Position numbers and translations under genes: made by a program. Source: a virus. From it: 64,000 nucleotides of DNA. Of this stretch, positions 58,401-64,000 are shown one piece after another; the first letter of the stretch is position 1; every line of letters starts with the position of its first letter. The notes beneath the pieces were generated by a model, which worked only from the letters and a program-made list of their open reading frames with translations, did not search any database and was not told the DNA's origin. The stretch lies in the IMG/VR virus record IMGVR_UViG_3300030104_005963. One strand, written 5' to 3'.

Positions 58401-59421
58401 TTCAAATATTACTTCTACCGACACAAAAGTTTTTATAGACAGTGTTGGACAATTATTTGGATATGAAAATGATAATAGTCCATTTAGTGTAAGAATTACT
58501 CCTAAATCTATTAATCAAGTTAATGCAGAAATAACAGCAACAGTGTCTGCTGAAGGAACGATTTCAAATTTAACAATTGTTAATGGTGGAAGTGGTTATG
58601 TAAACGCTCCAATTCTAAAAATAGGAAATCCAGATAATAGTTTTATTTCCAATCCTGAAAAATTATCGGGTATTGAAATAAGTGAAGGAACTAATGCTAC
58701 AGCAACAGTTACAATTTCATCTTCCGGTTCAGTTAATGGATTTACAATTACAAATCCTGGTCTTGGATATTCTCAATCTAATCCACCACAAGTAATTGTA
58801 TCAGCACCTGAGATAATAACAGATGTAGTTACTGGTATTACATCCATTAGAGGGGTTTCAGGAATTGTTACTGGAGTAGAATCTACTACAATAGGTGCTG
58901 ATAAAGCTATTAAATTTACTTTAACACTTGATCCAGATATTTCAGGATCTAATGCTGCTTTGTTTCCTGTAGAGAGAAGAGGATTTAATACTAGTGATTT
59001 ATTCGTAACAGGTAATCCAGTTTTTATTAATGATACTAAAGTTGGAACTGGTGTAATTTCTATAAATGGAAATGACTCAGAAATAGTTGGCATTGGAACC
59101 ACTTGTTTAGATAATATCTACATCATTCAACAATTTAGTTTTATAGGAGAACATCCCAATCCTGTTGTAGGTATTATGACATGTAGAGTTATTTCTACAA
59201 CTAATATGAGTAATATTCCAACAACAGTTGGATATTCGACAGATCCTATTGGAAAGTTCTCTGTAGGAATTTTGACCGGTGCAAATATTTCAAGATCTGC
59301 TTCACCTATATCTATTGGTGTTACAGGATTTACAATTAATTCTGGATTATCATCTTTCCCAACGGTTCAAAGAATTGGTGGAGATGCAACTTTCTTCAAT
59401 ACTGGAGCAATTACCAAATAG
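46465..59421 (+). CDS. gp7: Baseplate wedge initiator gp7 (giant, 4318 aa)
   Basis: Between gp6 and gp8; FYQSKGT..SFRILF, YYQNLSYSVKS...VHTSG motifs; YHYH-like GWAYDGNPIYGP segment; many NGGSGY and HGL/HPF repeats. Confidence 0.85.
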   Translation: MIQTGFETRIQVQDIVSNQLPNFIVDESPKTIDFLKQYYISQEYQGGPTDLSTNLDQYLNLDNLTPEIIVDSTITTSSTTNSDSTINVSSTKGFPKEYGLLKINNEIISYTGITTNSFTGCIRGFSGVTSYGSNFDKEELIFSESSSESHNLNSSVRNLSSLFLKEFYKKFKTTFAPGLENNNFVSSLNVGTFLKEIKSFYQSKGTNESFRILFEILYGENPTVINLEEKLIKPSFAEYRRREVAVAKVISGEGSFLKGQGLFKDNSNIVASISEISPFNVNDEIFYKLSLFVGYDEDSDIQGRFLPTPNSKCTEDVLINGSVVNVDSTIGFNKSGKFRAGSNIVSYTDKTVNQFLNCTGISSPISQGDLIYDNEIYYGYENGDINKKVELVFFTTLSNFIQKGVVNVNESDPIGVKNLGDKVINPTQNKSSKQILANSWIYNTNSSYFIDNYDSGFLELFSPIDKSSLKLGDSVEIVERNTGVVIFPNENNKPFVSIDGIAEGNEQKIQGRKNVIINDIDYTKLGIGTDYNLRKKLNKAKIGDNSNVTFKYGNESLISDVQNVYFDDEFAYVASNSLPSTKTRGGIKNDSRDEFPLSEDIDVKIKKLVIDLDTGTGGILTSFNELTKDFNGIKVLDDGGNTPFKTGEKIFYKPETNSIVGLETGNYFVEVIEGNGDSDVIKLYGSNYLIGTNNNIKLSNIGGTHTFVLESQKSGTIGPQKLLKKFSINQKLVDGKNEKTIPGGVGLLINGVEITNYKSTDKIYYGPLKKINVLNGGENFDVINPPKIVVESGLGNTALAQPVITGSIKDVLIDFDTYNFNISNIISIGVTGGNGTGCALEPSVSNTSFREIKFDGRPQTSGGGINTITNQILFDTPHGFTSGQEVIYDSNFGSLVGIGLSSNSNSTTLVNKSTYVVEVPNVRTVKLYRNRDDYDARINAISFNGTQGSGNQKLKVGPLGVLKDIIVIDGGKGYTNKKLIVKSSDVSTNYNWIEFKNHGFNNGELIDYSIASGNGVSSPTVISGLSTDKKYQILKLDDNKFRVCDAGIGGTIVSNFERKNYVKFESSGTGYQQFSYPKISVDFRVITAGIGETTITITPVVKGSITSVDLYENGTGYGSSIINYENSPKVLIKNGKNARVVPIISNGRINSINVEYGGEEYYSTPDVIVTDTSKSGSGAVLRAIIKNNKLDSVKVIKSGIGYSASDTSVSVISSGFNHFLESKVRDLTIVTNEIFNSNKLLVDNDNDELKYSVCGYDVNLFSDNGSSISGIIGWAYDGNPIYGPFGSTDPNSFIFKSKLKSGYVLDTSNVTDRPIGFSNGFFVEDYQYNGIGADLDEHNGRYEKNKDFPNGVYAYHAVVGQNNVPIFPFFVGDTYRSKKIKENFEFDFNQSYDFINSTLQRNTFPYNVGEKYADNYFIKIKKDQKIVADKITSGNVENTSIVNEGTDFKVNDIIKFDSSETGGSGLNIKVSSVTGKKIESVDTVKEEYNNSILTWGGNTVQVTLETEHEFETGDYVSFSGISTDSLKSLEKYHRIVVESDSTSRLISSISAGAATTEIYPSFIPNYVSAGSTIGIGNESLTVLNVFEDSNILRVIRGNSGISHTESSLVNYKTKSFTFDNQVPYFNSNNNRKIYFNAAESVGIGTIFGIGFSTSFIFGDSTISREIPVRGIYLKNHPFKTNQLIKLTNPTDTKRITYSIEPNGTIIQLENGNYYAVNKSKNVIGIKTGIGDNFNEIYFRGFAGSGSNTENTDTYLFEETFDQITATAKSIKTTVSVSTFHDLGRNDLVKLNIVPNLSVGIGTSSSSVVVKIDNSTNQILVNPVGFSSLGINTITNQISLTNHPFKTGDKVKYTYSDKVASGLDTGGYYIFKVDEDTIKLGETFSDVVSNNPRIVSIAGTGGESHTLSLINPEIKVTKNNNLTFDLSDGSLGGYEFKIYHDGDFKNEFVSTGNTSTFNIVGFGTVGLAGAGLTVYSDNNSPISLFYNVEKSGYISTSDKDVKNYSNINFNSSNYNREFKILNGVGSTTFSVYLENDPERFSYSPSDCDVLEYSTTSENAKGGINSLNIVSSGSNYKKLPKVVGSSSTISENAIITVSSQSIGNIRDIDIITDEFKYYTDTTLRPTTLLPSIIELKNSNTIDSVKVENPGLNYFSAPSLVIVDKVTGKKLDTGFLEPIFNTSITGVKIASTPFGLPDTGVLIRTILNDNGFTIDKIDSAEGTEFTCTLITPTAGFSTSPFVIGDEVYVEGIQKINSDGTGHNSEDYGYQFLKVVSIPDPFGNPNPNPFRVKFDVVGLTTNTGIAVTESNGLGRLIPSSQYPTFKTSLISSPFLLGEKLNVNELEKDLEVVRKNDGELVVFGSDSETLKIGDQILGRNSLTIGKINKISNNEGTFNIDFSYKTDIGWENSTGKLNNDHQVIPDNDYYQNLSYSVKSNQTWKEIKSPVGRLVHTSGLKNFSDTQIPSETKTSIGSTNQTLVISDTFDESRVDILRGIDLVRDDESDGEVSNFLQFNKTRFVNFIDCRTNNVLSIDNINQQFSNLESNPDRFLNLDILENIERYDNYLVRIESFNHSVKQIQLSEFVVLSNGRRNHTIFSKSELTNSGENFTTFAEDRFGNYVIETNSEEKITYLRFSPDNPNDIDYDLKFIKTSINPLMRGVGIHSMGFIDLIASNKPILAGATGVLLSKNIEDIESAHISTRVINARTKEINFVETYITHDGTDTYISEYYVDAGGESLDNRIGISSVSIESGNLIFSYVNDTTNNLRVNSKIIGFGTASRGNGEYRYLVDGQNSGEEKTALYQSSFTSRVGITTLFSGNPLTFDAIKCTVEVSAGSSKALHQITAIHDGNNAYLQQSQFLANNYDSIIGLGTFSATHASNEFIVKFHPEDTTGITSIKTFNQVFYKGIDDDNIPNELKYKNITESAEFKFYNAINGDRINRKQFDLKHKNVDIFKKSFNPASTIVAAVNTGIGYSAFSVKDHFFRTGEELIYTPKSTFVGVGSTPMQYTIDGSTVGVLTSRVFAIRHTDDEFGIATTKAHADSGIGITVTSFGEGNAHTLEMVKSNEKALMAIDGIVQTPISNTRITHTIANNAAPGITTDQTIFALSGISSVSIINILKVEDEYMRVDNVGVGTLAIGPITPGEGNFKLVSVERGSVGSSATAHANGTLVELYKGNYNIVDSKVNFIEAPRGNPQGQDRNGLPFSRSIFNGRVYFRNNYASNFIYDDISPQFTGIKSDFTLTINGEEVEGIGPEGGQGVLFINGIFQTPITDNNPNQNYQILESSNRAVTLSSNYTLTAGMGITQFNNPNLSATVVSGTSSGIATFSITNGSLNVGIGSTLFANGTDTNVYPTNVSFVTGISTVKFTGTYPDDIEKDFISESDVNSNQIPRGGLPISVGSTAGLGYAPLIGAKLRPVVVGGSIVDVVGVATTGASLGIQTALYNNVTGILSVTTTTDHGLDFGDQSKDQIRLVGLSFTCNSGSGTVIYPTGGEKGYSLISTPSSTVFEVNAGISTLIHYYNGGGTVIPFFPQLSFGSGYNGIVSVSVAVTETGHTGNAAVITGTPVTFNTHQFISATAGIQKSGSPAIQPESGTTYNPSTGILSITAASHGLSTNDLVTIQDGSLVFSCAQDSFQTLHPYPRSTDYVSGISTAITKINDDVFTVFVGTSPAHGGGALTFNISNGGTGYTNPTIFVSEPSYENLSIVGISRRADGPTTDTGVGLKIDAKTTPSADYTGIGSELFEISEFEISTPGYGFFPGDKFKAVGLVTSRFIESLIKEFEMEVTETFTDQFALWQFGEFDYIDSIAPLQNGRRTRFPLRYENELISVEANDAFNVELNPILLIFRNRVIQEPGKTYEFIGGTSVNFKVAPRSEDDIQIFFYKGTDGEDSSIVEAPPSPIEIGDEVQVMGKPNQDNRLIHEFTQADTIRTNSYRGLGITDDFEPVEVTRQKYDLFIDGNVIDKSRILLEPRINPAAKIISNITSTDTKVFIDSVGQLFGYENDNSPFSVRITPKSINQVNAEITATVSAEGTISNLTIVNGGSGYVNAPILKIGNPDNSFISNPEKLSGIEISEGTNATATVTISSSGSVNGFTITNPGLGYSQSNPPQVIVSAPEIITDVVTGITSIRGVSGIVTGVESTTIGADKAIKFTLTLDPDISGSNAALFPVERRGFNTSDLFVTGNPVFINDTKVGTGVISINGNDSEIVGIGTTCLDNIYIIQQFSFIGEHPNPVVGIMTCRVISTTNMSNIPTTVGYSTDPIGKFSVGILTGANISRSASPISIGVTGFTINSGLSSFPTVQRIGGDATFFNTGAITK

Positions 59422-59425
59422 TCCT

Positions 59426-59433
59426 TATAAATA
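59426..59433 (+). promoter_or_regulatory. T4-type late promoter TATAAATA
   Basis: Perfect match between gp7 and gp8. Confidence 0.85.
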
Positions 59434-59450
59434 TCTAAAAAACTATCGAT

Positions 59451-61052
59451 ATGTCCGCCGTAGTAACAGATCAGTTTAGAATTGCAAATACCACTAGTTT
59501 TATAGAATCGGTTTTAAACGATAATAATTCTTATTATGTATTTTTGGGATTACCAAATCCCACTGTGGCAGGATTTGGTAGAACTGATGTATCTGGTAAT
59601 TGGCCTTTAGCACCCGTTGATAATTTGGAATATCAAACACATTATAGAGATTCTATGTTGTTTGGTAAAAAAATAAATGCTGCAAATATTAGAAGAGTTG
59701 TAAAAAAATTTCCTTGGATTAGTAATAATCGATATGATATGTATCGACATGATTATAGTGCTACTAATTTAGCACCTAATTCAAAGACTACAAATTTATA
59801 TCGATCAAATTTTTATGTCATAAATAGTGAGTTACAAGTTTATATATGTCTTGATAATGGATCAAGTGGAACTTCTACAAGTTCTTCTGCAAAAGGTAAT
59901 AGATCTATAATAGAACCTAATTTTACTGATGTAGAACCAATAACTCAATCTGACGGATATACTTGGAAATATCTATTTACTATTGCTCCTAATGATGTTA
60001 TAAAATTTGATTCAACTGAATATATTGTATTACCAAACGATTGGAGTACTACTACAGACTCTCAAATAAAAACTGTTAGAGAATCTGGAAATTCCGAAGT
60101 CAATAAAAATCAAATAAAAAAAGTATATATAGAAAATCCGGGAGGATCGGGGAGTTATGTATCTAGTGGTGATGATCCTCATATAGTAGATATTTTAGGA
60201 GATGGAACTGGAGGAAAAGTTAGTGTAACAGTTGAATCTACTGGCATAATATCATCTGTAAAAGTGGTATCTGGAGGATCTGGATATACATATGGTATTA
60301 TTGATTTGGGTCCGATACAGTCATCTGATGAAGTTGGTACAAAATTAGGAAAATTAATTCCTATAATACCACCATCAAAAGGGCATGGATTTGATATTTA
60401 CAAAGAACTTGGAGCTGATAAAGTTTTAATTTATGCCAGATTTGATGATTCTACAAAAGATTTTCCTGTAGACACATCTTTTGGTCAGGTTGGTATTATA
60501 AAAAATCCAGAAAAAAGTACTTCAACAGATATTTACAAAGCAAATGAATTTTCATCTCTACCTTCATTTAAGATTAGTGAATCATTATCAGAAAACATAA
60601 ACGATTATACCGGTGTTAAAATTACACAGACAGTTACTGGAGGAACAGCTAGAGGATATATTGCATCTTATGATACAGATACAAAAATAGTAAAATATTT
60701 TCAAGATAGATCATTATTTTTTGCTTCTGCAACAGATTCTGCTGGAGGTGGTTACGATCATCTTGATACAATTGATGTATCTGCACGAGCAAAAGTACTT
60801 AAATTTGAAGGAACTGGTAATATAAAATTTAATACTAATCCTCCACAGGAAAAACTTATTGATCCTGGTCTTTCTGGAATTACAACAATCTCCAATAATA
60901 GAATAATCGATCTTGGAGTTGAATATAATAATGGGTTTTCTGAATCAGAGATAAATAAAAAGACGGGAGATGTAATTTACATTACGAATCGATCTGTTGT
61001 TCAGAGAGATTTGAGACAAAAAGAAGACATCAAAATTGTCCTGGAATTCTAA
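59451..61052 (+). CDS. gp8: Baseplate wedge subunit gp8
   Basis: RRVV...W....YDMYRHDY, YVINSELQVYICLDNG, DGYTWKYLFTI. Confidence 0.92.
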   Translation: MSAVVTDQFRIANTTSFIESVLNDNNSYYVFLGLPNPTVAGFGRTDVSGNWPLAPVDNLEYQTHYRDSMLFGKKINAANIRRVVKKFPWISNNRYDMYRHDYSATNLAPNSKTTNLYRSNFYVINSELQVYICLDNGSSGTSTSSSAKGNRSIIEPNFTDVEPITQSDGYTWKYLFTIAPNDVIKFDSTEYIVLPNDWSTTTDSQIKTVRESGNSEVNKNQIKKVYIENPGGSGSYVSSGDDPHIVDILGDGTGGKVSVTVESTGIISSVKVVSGGSGYTYGIIDLGPIQSSDEVGTKLGKLIPIIPPSKGHGFDIYKELGADKVLIYARFDDSTKDFPVDTSFGQVGIIKNPEKSTSTDIYKANEFSSLPSFKISESLSENINDYTGVKITQTVTGGTARGYIASYDTDTKIVKYFQDRSLFFASATDSAGGGYDHLDTIDVSARAKVLKFEGTGNIKFNTNPPQEKLIDPGLSGITTISNNRIIDLGVEYNNGFSESEINKKTGDVIYITNRSVVQRDLRQKEDIKIVLEF

Positions 61053-61061
61053 TAAAAAAAG

Positions 61062-64000
61062 ATGGCACAAAAAACTAATTTAAATATAAATCCATATTAT
61101 GACGATTTTGATTCTGAAAAGAATTTTCAAAAAGTTTTATTTAAACCAGGATTTCCTGTACAGGCAAGAGAATTAACAACTTCTCAATCTATTTTACAGA
61201 ATCAATTAGAAACATTTGGAACTAATATATTCAAAGATGGGTCAGTTGTTGTTCCTGGATCTATAGCATATGAAAATAATTATACTTCAGTAAAATTAAA
61301 ATCTTCTAATTTTGGTGTAGACATATCTCTTTATATCAAAAATTTTATAGGTAAAAAAATAATAGGACAAATTTCTGGTGTAGAAGCAAATATAAAATTT
61401 GTACTTTTACCTGAAGAAGATAGTAGAGTTGATGATGTAACGATATATGTAAGTTACACTACTAGTGGTAATGATTTCAGTCAAAATTTCTTCACTAATG
61501 GAGAAGAATTAGTTTGTGATGAAAATGTAGAGTTTGGTCTTTCTACTATTAATGCAGGAGAAGTTTTTGCGACTTTAACTACAATTAATGCAACTTCAAT
61601 TGGTAGCGCTGCAATTATAACAAAGGGTGTTTATTTTGTAAGAGGATATTTCGTTAATGTTGATGAACAAAAAATAGTATTAGATCCTTACACAAATAAC
61701 TCATCTTACAGGGTCGGACTACAGGTTGATGAAAAAATTATTACAGCAAAAGACGATTCAAGTTTATTTGATAACGCAAAAGGATTCAGTAACTTTGCCG
61801 CGCCAGGTGCTGATAGATTTCAGATAAAATTAACGTTAATTAAAAAAGATCTCACTGATAATGATGATACGAACTTTATTGAATTAATGCGTATCGATAA
61901 AGGTCAGATTAAAATAATTGAAACAAAAAGTGAATATAATGTAATTAGAGATTATATAGCAGATAGAACTTTTGATGAGTCTGGAAATTATTCTGTAAGT
62001 CCATTCGACGTTTCCGTATTTAATTCATTAAATAACGGGTTAGGTAATAATGGATTATACTATCCACAAGAACTTACAGAACAGCAAAATAGTCCAGATG
62101 ATGATTTAATGTGTATTAAAATATCATCTGGTAGAGCATATGTTGCCGGATATGATGTAGATAAGATTGGAACTACTGTTTTAGATGTTGAAAAACCAAG
62201 AGAAGTTGGTATTCGTAGTGATATTTCTATTGGATATGAGTTGGGCAATTTGTTAAAAGTAAATACTGTATCTGGATTACCTAATTCGGGAAGTGTTATT
62301 AACATATACAATAATTTAAATGGAACTGGTGATATTATTGGAAGTGCAAGAGTTTATAGTTTTAATCTTGAAGATGCAAATTATGAAAATGATTCTACTG
62401 TATGGGATCTAAGACTATTTGATCTTCAAACTTATACTGCAATTACTTTAAATCAATCCGTTAGTAATTCTGGAATAAGAACAGGATCTTATATTAAAGG
62501 TAGAAATAGTGGAGCAAGTGGATATTCTGTAGGTGCGGGTTCTAATACATTAGTCAATGTAATTCAGACATCAGGAACTTTCCATAGAGGAGAACAGATT
62601 GAAATTGATGGTTCTAGTGATGTCCCTAGAACTATTGGTGTCGTAACGGCATATAATACACAAAGTATCAAATCTATTAAGATAGGAACTACATTTAGTG
62701 CAAATAGTGTTTTAGAAAGATTTCCAATTCCAAATGGAATTGAAGAAGTATCTTTTGACAGTAGTGACAATACCATCCGTGTTCCCGGAAATAGCACTTT
62801 TACAGGTTTAAGAGTTGGATCTATTGTTAGGTATCAAAGAGCAGGAATTAATACTGAAACATATAATCGTGTTGCTGATATATCTTCTGGTGGATCGATT
62901 CTGACTCTGGAAGCTATTCCTCTGGATAGACCTGATGTATATGATGGTAATCTGCCCGATGCTGATACAACACTATTAATGTCTGTCGGTGCTCCTATTG
63001 TAAGAGGTTCTGGTGAGTTATTTGTTCCGCTTGCAAACAAAAATGTATCTCAAATTAATTTAACTAATTCTGAGTTTAAGATATCTAGAACTATTACTAA
63101 AACTCCTGCTAATAATGGAAGAATCACTATTTCAACTGGTGATATTTCAGATCTTACTAATTTTAGTTTCGAACCTTTTGATGCAGAAAAATATGCTGTA
63201 TCTAATACTACCCTTGGAATTTCAACCATTACTTCTAATAATAGAAATGCAGATGGTACTCAAATAATTATAGGTATTTCTACATTTGTTTCCGGTCAAG
63301 CAGATACAATAAATGTATCACTAAGTAAAAAAGGTCTTATTAGTAAAGAAAAGACATATGATCGTAGTAGAAAAGTTACTGTAAATACATCAAGAAACCA
63401 AGCTTCTGGTACTAATGATGATGGAAATAGTTCACTTGTTAATGGACTAACATATGATACTAATCATAGATATGGAACTAGAGTAGAAGATGAAGAAATA
63501 TGTTTGAATTATCCAGATGTTGCTAAAATTATAGCAATTTATGAATCTGTAAATACATCTGCGCCGACCTTTGATACATTAACATTTGATAGTGTATTAA
63601 ATGTTAATAGTAATGCTATAATTGGTGAAAATATAAAATCATCAGATGGAAAAATTGTAGCTAGAATTGTTGGAAAATCCTCAGATACCGTAGAAATAGT
63701 TTATCTTTCATCGAATAAATTTGATGATTTGGATGAAGTAGAATTTGAAGAATCAAACATAAAAGGTAAAGTTAAAACTCAATCTGAAGGCAAATATAAA
63801 GATTTAACAAATTCTTTTACTTTAGATAAAGGTCAGAGAAATCAGTATTATGATTATTCTAGAATTATTAGAAATGCAGGATCATCAACTCCATCTGCTC
63901 AGTTAATAATTGTTTTTGATCATTATACAGTTCCTGCAGGAGATACTGGAGATGCTTTTACAGTACTAAGTTATGATGAAGAGAGATTTAGAACTGATGT
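61062..64000 (+). CDS. Large virion structural protein (DUF4815/VrlC-like), 3' truncated
   Basis: MAQKTNLNINPYYDDF...VLFKPGFPVQARELT..QSILQNQ, NFAAPGADR, RTFDESGNY; same frame at the window end; missing from the ORF track because it has no stop. Confidence 0.85.
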   Translation, partial: MAQKTNLNINPYYDDFDSEKNFQKVLFKPGFPVQARELTTSQSILQNQLETFGTNIFKDGSVVVPGSIAYENNYTSVKLKSSNFGVDISLYIKNFIGKKIIGQISGVEANIKFVLLPEEDSRVDDVTIYVSYTTSGNDFSQNFFTNGEELVCDENVEFGLSTINAGEVFATLTTINATSIGSAAIITKGVYFVRGYFVNVDEQKIVLDPYTNNSSYRVGLQVDEKIITAKDDSSLFDNAKGFSNFAAPGADRFQIKLTLIKKDLTDNDDTNFIELMRIDKGQIKIIETKSEYNVIRDYIADRTFDESGNYSVSPFDVSVFNSLNNGLGNNGLYYPQELTEQQNSPDDDLMCIKISSGRAYVAGYDVDKIGTTVLDVEKPREVGIRSDISIGYELGNLLKVNTVSGLPNSGSVINIYNNLNGTGDIIGSARVYSFNLEDANYENDSTVWDLRLFDLQTYTAITLNQSVSNSGIRTGSYIKGRNSGASGYSVGAGSNTLVNVIQTSGTFHRGEQIEIDGSSDVPRTIGVVTAYNTQSIKSIKIGTTFSANSVLERFPIPNGIEEVSFDSSDNTIRVPGNSTFTGLRVGSIVRYQRAGINTETYNRVADISSGGSILTLEAIPLDRPDVYDGNLPDADTTLLMSVGAPIVRGSGELFVPLANKNVSQINLTNSEFKISRTITKTPANNGRITISTGDISDLTNFSFEPFDAEKYAVSNTTLGISTITSNNRNADGTQIIIGISTFVSGQADTINVSLSKKGLISKEKTYDRSRKVTVNTSRNQASGTNDDGNSSLVNGLTYDTNHRYGTRVEDEEICLNYPDVAKIIAIYESVNTSAPTFDTLTFDSVLNVNSNAIIGENIKSSDGKIVARIVGKSSDTVEIVYLSSNKFDDLDEVEFEESNIKGKVKTQSEGKYKDLTNSFTLDKGQRNQYYDYSRIIRNAGSSTPSAQLIIVFDHYTVPAGDTGDAFTVLSYDEERFRTD

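Noticed and set aside
60950-60957. GATAAATA late promoter inside the end of gp8
   Set aside because: Could simply be EINK codons; plausible but not supportable without TSS data.

Overview
A 64-kb segment of a T4-like cyanomyovirus genome (identified from gp25-gp6-gp7-gp8 synteny, CP12, purC and T4-type TATAAATA late promoters). Every supportable gene is on the + strand. Layout: (1) 1-23331, late tail-fibre/adhesin module: beta-helix proteins, two fibres with C-terminal S74 chaperones (one with 47 collagen triplets), a fibre with a possible copper site, an alpha/beta esterase and two gp38-like Gly-rich adhesins. A promoter + 2 small ORFs + 3 tRNA island interrupts it at 9240-9964. (2) 23365-42000, a cluster of about 45 mostly small, probably early genes punctuated by 16 copies of a 22-bp palindrome, usually centred about 41 bp upstream of a -10 box. 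It includes CP12, an NblA-like ORF, two SF2 helicases, a split helicase/methyltransferase/Mrr-nuclease cassette, a KxDG ligase-like protein, two 2OG-Fe(II) oxygenases, purC, and a repeat-rich non-coding hub at 38481-38901. (3) 42039-64000, conserved genes then baseplate gp25, gp6, a 4318-aa gp7, gp8 and a truncated virion protein. Best candidates for undescribed biology: the four-gene split Type ISP-like cassette bracketed by two related promoter copies, and the origin/operator-like hub. All calls come from motif recognition by eye; no database search was run.
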